Source: Bacteroidota bacterium
GTDB lineage: Bacteria; Bacteroidota; Bacteroidia; Palsa-965
Reading direction: 5' to 3'
Assembly: GCA_003153435.1 (NCBI GenBank)
Contig: PLYR01000119.1
Coordinates: 20,542 to 84,541, forward strand
Length of the DNA: 64,000 bases
The notes beneath the pieces were generated by a model, which was not told where the DNA came from, did no database searches, and was given only the letters and a program-made list of their open reading frames with translations. The position numbers were made by a program, and so were the translations under genes. Shown one piece after another: positions 1 through 8,559 of this stretch; the stretch's first letter is position 1; every line of letters begins with the position of its first letter.

Positions 1-401
1 AAAAAATCTGCAGTCTCTATTTCACAACTGATGACTTTCGCTTTCGAGCGTTTGGTAATATCATCGAGGTAATTGAGCAGCTTAAATTTTTCACTCGCAC
101 CGAGAACGAGATCCACACCGTCTATCCTCGAAATCTCCTCCGGTTTAAGCTGTGCATAACACCCCACAATCACCACATAGGCATCGGGTGAAACACGAAG
201 TGCATTCCTGACGATCTGTTTGCATTCTTTATCTGCATTTGCCGTTACAGAACAGGTATTGATGATATATACATCCGAAGGTTCGGTAAAATCTACCTTT
301 TCGTATCCATTTTCCATGAGGAGCCTTGCAATAGCGGAAGTCTCGGAGTAATTAAGCTTACAACCAAGCGTGTGAAAGGCGACTTTACGGGGGGCGTTCA
401 T
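1..401 (-). CDS. mtaB: tRNA t6A37 methylthiotransferase MtaB, N-terminal part (runs off the window edge)
   Basis: Manual translation from ATG at 401: MNAPRKVAFHTLGCKLNYSETS...YIINTCSVTANADKECKQIVR...VVIVGCYAQLKPEEI, the UPF0004 N-terminal domain. TLGCKLN..ET and GCYAQL fit MtaB better than MiaB or RimO. Absent from the ORF track because it is truncated. Confidence 0.88.
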   Translation of the reverse strand, partial: MNAPRKVAFHTLGCKLNYSETSAIARLLMENGYEKVDFTEPSDVYIINTCSVTANADKECKQIVRNALRVSPDAYVVIVGCYAQLKPEEISRIDGVDLVLGASEKFKLLNYLDDITKRSKAKVISCEIETADF

Positions 402-437
402 GCGGACGCGAAATTACGATTTCCATACGAATAAACG

Positions 438-445
438 TATCTTTG
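438..445 (+). promoter_or_regulatory. Bacteroidota sigma-A -7 element (TATCTTTG)
   Basis: Exact TAnnTTTG match 20 nt upstream of the ATG at 466. Confidence 0.6.
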
Positions 446-465
446 ATTCCCTATTAAACTGATGC

Positions 466-1815
466 ATGAAAAACGTTCATTCTCTGTTATTATTCTGTTT
501 ATTAATTGGTTTTAAACCTGCTTTCTGCCAGTTCCCGAATGTGATGATCGGAAATCAGAATGCTCCTGAGGAAGTATCTCTGATCATCAATCCCAAAAAC
601 CCCATGCAGATGGCAGCCGGGGCAAACCTTGATAATTACTATTTTTCGACCGACTGGGGTCAGCACTGGACCGGAAGGACGATCAAATCTGCAATAAATG
701 GGGTGTATGGTGATCCTGTGCTGACGGCGGATACCGCCGGTGCATTTTATTTTCTGCATTTAAGTAATCCACCGGCCGGAGCAGGAAGCTGGGTGGATCG
801 GATCGTGATTCAACGTTCAACAGACGGAGGTATAACCTATTCGGATGGAGCAGGCATTGGAAAAAACGGAACAAAGGTGCAGGATAAACCCTGGCCGGCA
901 ATTAATCCTTTTACAAACGAAGTTTATGTAACCTGGACTCAGTTTGATGAATACGGTACCCGGAATCCGGCTGATAGCAGCAATATCCTCTTCTCTAAAT
1001 CAAAAGACAATGCGGTCACGTGGAGTACCCCCAAACGAATTAACAGGCAGGCAGGCGACTGTATCGATTCGGATAGTACCGTGGAAGGTGCGGTACCCTG
1101 CATAGGTCCTAATGGTCAAATATATGTGGCATGGGCCGGACCACTAGGACTTACATTTAATAAGTCGACCGATGATGGAGACACCTGGATGCCGGCAGAA
1201 AAAGTAATTAATACGATTCCCGGAGGCTGGGATTATCCGGTGAAAGGAATGTTCCGTTGTAATGGAATGCCGGTAACTGCATGTGATCTCAGTAAAGGAT
1301 CTAACCGTGGAACGATCTATGTAAATTGGAGCGATCAGCGCAACGGCCTGAACGATGCGGACATCTGGCTTGTAAAGTCGACCGATGAAGGGCAGCACTG
1401 GACCGAACCGAAAAGAGTCAACTCGGATGCTCCCGGAAATCAGAACTATATGTCGTGGATGACTGTTGACCAGGTTAACGGAGACCTTTATGTGGTTTAT
1501 TATGACCGGAGGAATCACAAAGGCAACGATTCCACAGATGTGTATGTTTCGCGTTCCACCGACGGTGGAAATACCTTCAAAGATTACCGGATCAATGAAA
1601 AAAGTTTTTCACCAGATACCGCGGTCTTCTTCGGTGATTATATTGACATCAGCGCTGTTGGAGGAATTGTAAGGCCTATCTGGATGCAATATGACGGAAA
1701 AGGATTGAGTATATGGACCGCCCTCATAGAACCGGGTATGGTTGGAAGAAGAGAAACCTTTCTTCGGGATCAGCGGGAAGATACAATGGATGAGCCAGTA
1801 GAAGAAGTCAAATGA
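466..1815 (+). CDS. Secreted BNR/Asp-box (sialidase-fold) protein
   Basis: Signal peptide; six Asp-boxes (STDWGQHW, STDGGITY, SKDNAVTW, STDDGDTW, STDEGQHW, STDGGNTF); no T9SS CTD. Catalytic specificity cannot be determined. Confidence 0.8.
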   Translation: MKNVHSLLLFCLLIGFKPAFCQFPNVMIGNQNAPEEVSLIINPKNPMQMAAGANLDNYYFSTDWGQHWTGRTIKSAINGVYGDPVLTADTAGAFYFLHLSNPPAGAGSWVDRIVIQRSTDGGITYSDGAGIGKNGTKVQDKPWPAINPFTNEVYVTWTQFDEYGTRNPADSSNILFSKSKDNAVTWSTPKRINRQAGDCIDSDSTVEGAVPCIGPNGQIYVAWAGPLGLTFNKSTDDGDTWMPAEKVINTIPGGWDYPVKGMFRCNGMPVTACDLSKGSNRGTIYVNWSDQRNGLNDADIWLVKSTDEGQHWTEPKRVNSDAPGNQNYMSWMTVDQVNGDLYVVYYDRRNHKGNDSTDVYVSRSTDGGNTFKDYRINEKSFSPDTAVFFGDYIDISAVGGIVRPIWMQYDGKGLSIWTALIEPGMVGRRETFLRDQREDTMDEPVEEVK

Positions 1816-2396
1816 AGAAGCTGAGATTTTTTGCAATACTCCCTTTCTTATTTCTTGTGCTGAACAGTGCACAAGCCTGTAAATGCAAAGAACATCCTGT
1901 CCTCAATAAGGAGAACTGTGAGCTTTATCAAACCATACTGGAAGGGAAGGCCGATTCGATCACGATCTGTAAAGATGGTTACAGCACAGCCTGGTTTTCG
2001 GTCCTAAATCTGTTTAAAGGAGAAGCCTATGCTTCGGTTTCAGTTCGTTTCGACTGCAGCTCCGACTGCCAGATGAATATTATGAAAGGAGATACCTGGA
2101 TCATCTACGGACAGTATTACAAGTATGGGCAGCTCTGTACTGATTTTTGCAGCCGGACACGTAAGCTCATCAAAGAAGGTGATGACTTCTATACAGCATT
2201 AAACACCATGAGTTATCAGGACGAACTTACAAAACTCGAAACGATATTCGGAAAGCGGAAAATTAGTCAGAAACCCCAAAACGACAAGGCAGAACGAATA
2301 CTCCTGCAGCCTACGGCCTGGTGGAAGCTCTGGTTGCTGCTGATCTCTGTGGTGGTGATGTTCCTGATTAATTTTCTTGTAAAAAAAATGAAGTGA
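1812..2396 (+). CDS. TIMP/NTR-like exported protein with C-terminal membrane anchor
   Basis: Signal ends AQA, followed directly by C-K-C; later DC..DC...GDTWIIYG...LCTDFCSRT; C-terminal hydrophobic helix; ATGA overlap with the upstream gene. Confidence 0.65.
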   Translation: MKKLRFFAILPFLFLVLNSAQACKCKEHPVLNKENCELYQTILEGKADSITICKDGYSTAWFSVLNLFKGEAYASVSVRFDCSSDCQMNIMKGDTWIIYGQYYKYGQLCTDFCSRTRKLIKEGDDFYTALNTMSYQDELTKLETIFGKRKISQKPQNDKAERILLQPTAWWKLWLLLISVVVMFLINFLVKKMK

Positions 2397-2502
2397 AGGA
2401 TTAGTCTCCCACGCCGGATCTTTAACAACTGTTTAACAGGACCTGCGCGCTGGCCATGACGGAAAACGAAGCCGAGGTGCTTGTGTTCAAGCAATTTTTC
2501 AA

Positions 2503-3183
2503 ATGAAAACAGAGAAACCTATAATCTATTGCATCCCTGGTACTGGAGTCGATGGCCGGGTGTTTTCCTTGTTGGATTTCGGCGATTATGAGGTGAAATA
2601 TATTCATTGGGTGGTTCCTCATAAACGGGAAAGTATGAATGATTATGCTCTCCGCCTTGCCAAACAAATAGATGCTTCCAGGCCGATTGTTCTAATCGGC
2701 CTTTCCTTCGGCGGTATGTTATGTGCTACGCTGATGTCACATCTGGATCCCAAACTGGTCATCCTGATTTCATCCTGTAAAAGCAAGAAAGAACTTCCTC
2801 CCAAAATCCGGTTTCTCAAAGCCATTCCGTTTTACCGCTTATTCCCGGATGCCGCCTTTATCAAAGCCGCGGCTTTCTCCAGAAAGATCTTCGGTTTCCA
2901 TAATAAGGCAGATGCTGCGCTCTTTCTGGATATGCTCAAAACAGCACCACGGAATTTTTACTCCAGGGCTATCGATTGTATTGTGCATTGGGATGCTAAA
3001 GATTTTAAACCCGGGGTAGTGCATATTCACGGAACAAGAGACCGCGTACTGCCGCTTTCATTCGTCAAGGCAGATTATGTGATCGAGGGCGGTTCACACA
3101 ATATGCTTAATACACATCATGATGAGATCAGCAGGATTATAAGGAAGGAGCTGGAAGCGGTAGCCATGAATTTACATGATTAA
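2503..3183 (+). CDS. Alpha/beta hydrolase
   Basis: Nucleophile elbow GLSFGG, HGTRD acid motif, GGSH histidine. Confidence 0.88.
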   Translation: MKTEKPIIYCIPGTGVDGRVFSLLDFGDYEVKYIHWVVPHKRESMNDYALRLAKQIDASRPIVLIGLSFGGMLCATLMSHLDPKLVILISSCKSKKELPPKIRFLKAIPFYRLFPDAAFIKAAAFSRKIFGFHNKADAALFLDMLKTAPRNFYSRAIDCIVHWDAKDFKPGVVHIHGTRDRVLPLSFVKADYVIEGGSHNMLNTHHDEISRIIRKELEAVAMNLHD

Positions 3184-3277
3184 AGGATAGTTGATGTCGC
3201 AGCTATTTTGTTTTCCCCTATCTGATTAACGAAATATTATTCTTTTTTAATCCTCTTGTTTAGGTCTGTCTTTTTTC

Positions 3278-3285
3278 TATATTTG
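3278..3285 (+). promoter_or_regulatory. Bacteroidota -7 element (TATATTTG)
   Basis: Exact TAnnTTTG match upstream of the ATG at 3329. Confidence 0.55.
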
Positions 3286-3328
3286 ACTTAACAATCATTT
3301 CCGACAATCTCTCTTAAAAACATTACCT

Positions 3329-5968
3329 ATGACAAGAAGGCTACTCTTCCTCTGCATTTTCATTGCATCATACAGTATTCTTTCGGCTCAGCCCTGGGCG
3401 CGCGCTCCTTATCTGAAAAAGACCGCACCAGCAGAGGGATCGAAGATAGGGAATGAATCATCTATCCTGTTCAGCGACCTGCAAGCGGCCTTCAATGCTT
3501 ATTGGGCCACCCGGAGTCCTTCTAAAGGTAGCGGTTATAAGCCCTTTATGCGGTGGCTCAATGATCAGCAGACCCGCCTTATGCCCGATGGCTCTTATCC
3601 TTCCGCGGCTTTTATCCGAGACGAAATAAATCATTACCGGTCTTCACATCCCGGAAACAGTTTGCAGTCTGTAACATCCAACTGGACCAACATCAATATG
3701 TCGGATAATATCACAGCAGTAGCCGGAGTGAATTACACCGGATCAGGCCAGATCACCTGCATCGCAATGAACCCGGTTGATTCCAGCACCCTTGTCGCCA
3801 CTTCCTCTGCGGGAGGAATATGGAAGTCAGTGGACGGAGGAAATAACTGGAACCTGGCTTTCGCTGCTTATCCTGCCATGGGCTTCACCTCTATTGTCTA
3901 CGATCCGAATAATGCCAATACGCTTTATGCCGTAACCGGCGACTACCGCACAAGCGGATGGGGCTATGGTTTCACCTATGGTCTTATCCGTTCCACTGAC
4001 GGAGGCGCTACCTGGTCGGGCAGCCTTACTCCCATGTATGCTACTTATCAGAACCGGTATGTGATGTCACGTGTGCTGGTCAACCCTCTGCTTTCCCAAA
4101 CCCTGCTCATCTCCGGCGGTCTTGGAATTCATAAGTCAACCGACGGAGGCGCCACCTGGGTTGCTTCCTCCCCGGTGCTTAGCAACGTGCGCACTATACT
4201 ATATATGCCCGGCGATACTACGGTGGTGTATGCTTCCACGGACGTGGCTTTCTACAAATCCACCGACGGGGGTGTTACCTTTACCCAGGTAACCAATGGT
4301 TTTCCTGTCACCAATATAAGCAAAGCCAACCTGGCTGTTACTGCCAACGCTCCGAATAATGTCTATGCGCTCATTTCCGACTCTCTGAGCGACTTCAAAG
4401 GCTTCTACAAATCAATGGATATGGGAAGTACCTGGACAGAGCTCTATGATCACAGCACCAAGAATATCCTCTGCAATGATTCAGCGGGTGGAACTACCTA
4501 TAACCAGGGCTGGTGGTGCCTGAGTCTTACCGTTTCTCAAAACGACTCTAATGAGATTTATACGGGAGGCATCAATATCTGGCACTCGACCGACGGAGGC
4601 ATGACTTTCAATCCGTTTACGAGCTATTATCCCCTCGGCAATCTTATCTATACACATGCCGATGAACAATTCCTTTACAAGGTGCCGGGGCAGAACCTGC
4701 TGCTCGTAGGCAATGACGGTGGCTTTCATAAGATATACACTGGCTCTTCTCCTTATATACATACTCTCAACCATGGTCTGAATAATACGCTCATCTATAA
4801 GATCAATGACGATCCCAATGATCCCAATCACCTCTATGCCGGTTTGCAGGACAATGGAAGTTATATTTACAAAGCAGGAACATGGACCAACATCAACCAG
4901 TCTGATGCCATGACGGGATCATTCGATAACATGGTGCCGAACAAGATTTATATGTCAGGTAATAACGGAGAGTTCCGTCGCTCTGATGATGGGGGACTGA
5001 CCCGTACAAGTATCGCTCCGGGCGGTACTTCCTACTGGCAAACACCAATTGTTATTGAACCCAATGGGAATACGCTTTTATACGGCGAACAAACGGCCGT
5101 TAAGCTTTCACTCGACAGCGGCGGCACCTGGAATCCCATTTCTTCCAACCTCAATACTTCAGGGGTTGAAATCCATTACATCACCGCTGATACATCCGCT
5201 AATAATGTGTTTGTTGTAACAGTGCCTTCCGGCCAATGCTGTAACAATAAAGTATGGAAGACAACCGATCAGGGCAATACATGGACCGATGTAACCAGTG
5301 GTATCACCACCATTTGGTGGATACAAAATATTTATGTGGATCCGGTAGTTCCTACCCATGTATGGGCTACCAGCGGAGGATATGATGCAGGAAATAAAGT
5401 GTACGAGTCGAAAGACGGGGGTACAACATGGATCAATATTTCGGGCACACTTCCCAATATTCCTGTCAACTGTATAGCCCAGGACAAGAGCAGTCCTGTT
5501 CATGCCGTTTATATCGGCACTGACTGGGGAGTGTTTTACAGGGATACGACGATGAACGACTGGTCTGCTTTCAACACCAACCTGCCCAATGCACGCGTGA
5601 ATGACCTGAAGATAAATACCACTTCCGGTATGATACGAGCAGGTACGTGGGGACATGGCATGTGGGAGTCGCCCTTGAACGGGATCATTACTTCTGTCCC
5701 AGCCGTTGGCATCAAACAGTCTCTTTTGCGTGTTCAACCCAATCCGAACGATGGAAGTTTCATACTATCTCTTCAGGCTTTCGGTTCAGAGCAGGCGGAT
5801 ATTCAAATTGTAGATATGCTCGGTCGTACGGTATATGCTGAGAAGCTTATTTGCCCCGGTGGCAGTTGTATAAAGCCGGTAACTCTCAGCCAACTGGCGA
5901 AGGGCGTTTATGAATTGAGGGTAAGCGGAACGAATACGAGATTGTCCGAAAAGGTGGTGGTGAAGTAA
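3329..5968 (+). CDS. T9SS-secreted VPS10/BNR-repeat beta-propeller protein
   Basis: Signal peptide, many S-x-D-G-G-x-T-W boxes, GTWGHGMWES propeller end, type A CTD (VQPNPNDG...GVYELRV...KVVVK). Confidence 0.85.
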   Translation: MTRRLLFLCIFIASYSILSAQPWARAPYLKKTAPAEGSKIGNESSILFSDLQAAFNAYWATRSPSKGSGYKPFMRWLNDQQTRLMPDGSYPSAAFIRDEINHYRSSHPGNSLQSVTSNWTNINMSDNITAVAGVNYTGSGQITCIAMNPVDSSTLVATSSAGGIWKSVDGGNNWNLAFAAYPAMGFTSIVYDPNNANTLYAVTGDYRTSGWGYGFTYGLIRSTDGGATWSGSLTPMYATYQNRYVMSRVLVNPLLSQTLLISGGLGIHKSTDGGATWVASSPVLSNVRTILYMPGDTTVVYASTDVAFYKSTDGGVTFTQVTNGFPVTNISKANLAVTANAPNNVYALISDSLSDFKGFYKSMDMGSTWTELYDHSTKNILCNDSAGGTTYNQGWWCLSLTVSQNDSNEIYTGGINIWHSTDGGMTFNPFTSYYPLGNLIYTHADEQFLYKVPGQNLLLVGNDGGFHKIYTGSSPYIHTLNHGLNNTLIYKINDDPNDPNHLYAGLQDNGSYIYKAGTWTNINQSDAMTGSFDNMVPNKIYMSGNNGEFRRSDDGGLTRTSIAPGGTSYWQTPIVIEPNGNTLLYGEQTAVKLSLDSGGTWNPISSNLNTSGVEIHYITADTSANNVFVVTVPSGQCCNNKVWKTTDQGNTWTDVTSGITTIWWIQNIYVDPVVPTHVWATSGGYDAGNKVYESKDGGTTWINISGTLPNIPVNCIAQDKSSPVHAVYIGTDWGVFYRDTTMNDWSAFNTNLPNARVNDLKINTTSGMIRAGTWGHGMWESPLNGIITSVPAVGIKQSLLRVQPNPNDGSFILSLQAFGSEQADIQIVDMLGRTVYAEKLICPGGSCIKPVTLSQLAKGVYELRVSGTNTRLSEKVVVK

Positions 5969-6640
5969 CTACTTCCCCATTAAAACAAAGTTGATGATAT
6001 TAGCCCCCATGCGGAGGGCTTTCTGGCGGCTTTCATCGGGATCGTGGTGAACCTGTGGGTCTTCCCATCCGTCGCCTATGTCGGCTTCGTAATCGTAGAA
6101 GCAGACTAAACGTCCCTGGTAGATTATGCCGAAGCCTTGTGGGGGCTTTCCATCGTGTTCATGAATCTTCGGGACTCCTTTATCAAAATTGTATTTCTGG
6201 TGATAGATAGGGTGGGAGAAAGGGAGTTCCACGAAGTCCAACTCAGGAAAGACTTTCTTCATTTGAATTCGGACGAACTTGTCCATTCCATAGCTGTCGT
6301 TTATATTGAGGAATCCTCCCCCAATCAAATATTTACGCAGGTTATCTGCTTCTTGCTGGGAGAATACGATGTTTCCGTTTCCTGTAATATGCACCAAGGG
6401 ATAATTAAAGATATCAGGGCTTCCGGGTTCAACCACCGCTTCTTCTGGGTTGATCTTGGTGCCCAAGTTCTGATTGCAGAAGGCGATCAGGTTAGGAAGA
6501 GAAGTAGGGCTTACATACCAGTTTCCCCCTCCCTGGTATTTCATCCTCGCTATTTTATAAGTATAGTTCTGCTGTCCTTCCGCAAGGAAAGACAGCAAAA
6601 AGAATGAGATAGAGAATAGCAAAAATTTCAGCTTATTCAT
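5969..6640 (-). CDS. DUF4159 domain protein
   Basis: KIARMKYQGGGNWY, YLIGGGFL..NDSYG, HPIY, GDGWED...ALRMGANI are typical of the family. Confidence 0.85.
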   Translation of the reverse strand: MNKLKFLLFSISFFLLSFLAEGQQNYTYKIARMKYQGGGNWYVSPTSLPNLIAFCNQNLGTKINPEEAVVEPGSPDIFNYPLVHITGNGNIVFSQQEADNLRKYLIGGGFLNINDSYGMDKFVRIQMKKVFPELDFVELPFSHPIYHQKYNFDKGVPKIHEHDGKPPQGFGIIYQGRLVCFYDYEADIGDGWEDPQVHHDPDESRQKALRMGANIINFVLMGK

Positions 6641-7352
6641 TGATCAGATTAAAAGTATGACAAGCAGCCAGCGCAGCTGTTTCTGTTCGTAAGCGACTTT
6701 TACCGAGGCTTATTTCTATGAAGCCTTTTTCTTTTGCAAACTTAATCTCTTGTTTGGAGAAATCACCTTCTGGTCCTATAAGAATGAGGGCGTTTTTTCC
6801 TTTAGAGTATGAATTCTTCAGCAAAGCAGGGTGGAGCTCCGTCCGTTCACAATGCGCTATGAATTTTTCACCTTCAAAAGATGCTTGTGATTCAATGAAT
6901 TTGATGAGGGATTGGGCCTCCTGAATAACAGGTTCATAAGCTTTAAGGCTTTGCTTCATGGCCGAAACAGCTATTTTCTGCATGCGTTCGGTTTTTACAA
7001 CCACTCTCTCAGAGTGCTCACATTGAATAGGAGTGAAGGCATCAATCCCTATTTCAACGGCTTTTTCAAGAAACCATTCTGTACGCTCCATATTCTTGGT
7101 CGGGGCCATTGCGATATGAAGGAAGAATGTTCGTTTGTTAAATTCTTTTTTTACATCCGTAATATGAACGGTGCAACGTTTAGGGTGATCATCAGCCACC
7201 TCTGCCGTAAAGAGGTTCCCTTTTCCATCAATGAGTTCCACGATCTCTCCTTTCGTAATGCGGAGCACTCTTACCGCATGCTTGCTTTCCTCTTCCGAAA
7301 GAGTATAGATTTCACTACTGATATCAGGGGTATAGAACAGGTGCACGGGCAA
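6633..7352 (-). CDS. rsmE: 16S rRNA m3U1498 methyltransferase RsmE
   Basis: HAVRVLR, EKAVEIG, SPOUT motifs ILIGPEGDFS and LGKSRLRTETA. Confidence 0.96.
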   Translation of the reverse strand: MPVHLFYTPDISSEIYTLSEEESKHAVRVLRITKGEIVELIDGKGNLFTAEVADDHPKRCTVHITDVKKEFNKRTFFLHIAMAPTKNMERTEWFLEKAVEIGIDAFTPIQCEHSERVVVKTERMQKIAVSAMKQSLKAYEPVIQEAQSLIKFIESQASFEGEKFIAHCERTELHPALLKNSYSKGKNALILIGPEGDFSKQEIKFAKEKGFIEISLGKSRLRTETAALAACHTFNLINE

Positions 7353-7388
7353 ATCTACGAAAAGGAATGGTGAAGCCCTAATGAAAGC

Positions 7389-8549
7389 CTAGCGGACGAT
7401 TAACTTCCTGACTAATTGTTCCTCTCCGACATTTACGGAGACAAAATAAATCCCTGAAACGGTAAGATTGAGCTCTGCAGTCTCTTCCTGTCTCACATTC
7501 CTTTCGATGATGGTCTGCCCTAGGAGATTTTTCACACTCAGGATCTCCGCATCCGGAGGTAAAGAAACGGTGCTTGTTCCGGAGCAGGGATTTGGAAACA
7601 CAGTAAAGAATGAAGCATAATCAGTATGAAGGGAAGAAATACCGGTAGGAGAGTAGGGGATACAACGGTAGAAAACAGCAGTGTTTGACGAGAATGAATC
7701 TTTCACTGTCATCTGTGTAGCAGAAGCCGTAAAGTAATGGGAAGTATTTGCGTTCGAAGGATTAAACCCTGTAGCCGGTACGGTCAGATAATTGTTGTAA
7801 CGAAGCAAGGCATAATTCTGACCAGGTGTCAGCGAATCGGAAGTGATCCAGGCTTTCATCATGCGTGCGCTGGCTCCCTGTGTAACATTAGGTTCATCTA
7901 ATGAATCAAGTACCATATGCACCGGTTTTGTTTGTCTGGATGGATCTTTAATGCCGGTTACCGCCACTCCGTAGTTCACATTTTCCGGGATGCAGTAACT
8001 GTATATAGCTCCATTCCCATTCATGGAACGGGTGTCATAAAGTTTGGAGAATGCCCGTGTAAAGGAAGTAGTGTCAAAACAGCTATTGTAAGTAAGCTGG
8101 TCAGTTCCAGTATACGTATTCACATTCGCACCCGTAAAACCAATTGCCGGGATGATGTGATCATAGTCAGGATCACTCAACCCCTGAATATAAACGGTGA
8201 TGATCACAGGCTGTTTTTTCTGAAGGAATTGTTTAATCCACACCAGATAGTTTTGATACTGAGGGGATGCAACGGTAGGATCCCATTCACTATAATTCAA
8301 TGAAAAAGCACTCAGGGCGGCTGTATCATTTACGTTAATCAGCACTTCCCCTCCGGCCACTGTCCGGCATAGATCCTGGGAAATGTAATTTCCATAATAG
8401 AGTCCAGTCATCTGAATGGATGTTTCTCCGCAATAACCGTTTGCATTGGGCCATTGCAATCGGGGTTTAATGCTCAGAAGCGATGTTACCTGGGAGTAGG
8501 AGCAAATGGAGAATCCTGCAAAGAGGATTAAGAGTAAGTTTTTTTTCAT
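7389..8549 (-). CDS. T9SS-secreted protein with putative papain-like (C39-type) Cys-His domain
   Basis: Signal peptide; QWPNANGYCGETSIQ (candidate Cys nucleophile) and DYDHIIPAIG (His); type A CTD (VFPNPCSG...GIYFVSV...RKLIVR). Confidence 0.65.
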   Translation of the reverse strand: MKKNLLLILFAGFSICSYSQVTSLLSIKPRLQWPNANGYCGETSIQMTGLYYGNYISQDLCRTVAGGEVLINVNDTAALSAFSLNYSEWDPTVASPQYQNYLVWIKQFLQKKQPVIITVYIQGLSDPDYDHIIPAIGFTGANVNTYTGTDQLTYNSCFDTTSFTRAFSKLYDTRSMNGNGAIYSYCIPENVNYGVAVTGIKDPSRQTKPVHMVLDSLDEPNVTQGASARMMKAWITSDSLTPGQNYALLRYNNYLTVPATGFNPSNANTSHYFTASATQMTVKDSFSSNTAVFYRCIPYSPTGISSLHTDYASFFTVFPNPCSGTSTVSLPPDAEILSVKNLLGQTIIERNVRQEETAELNLTVSGIYFVSVNVGEEQLVRKLIVR

Positions 8550-8559
8550 GCGTTAAGCA

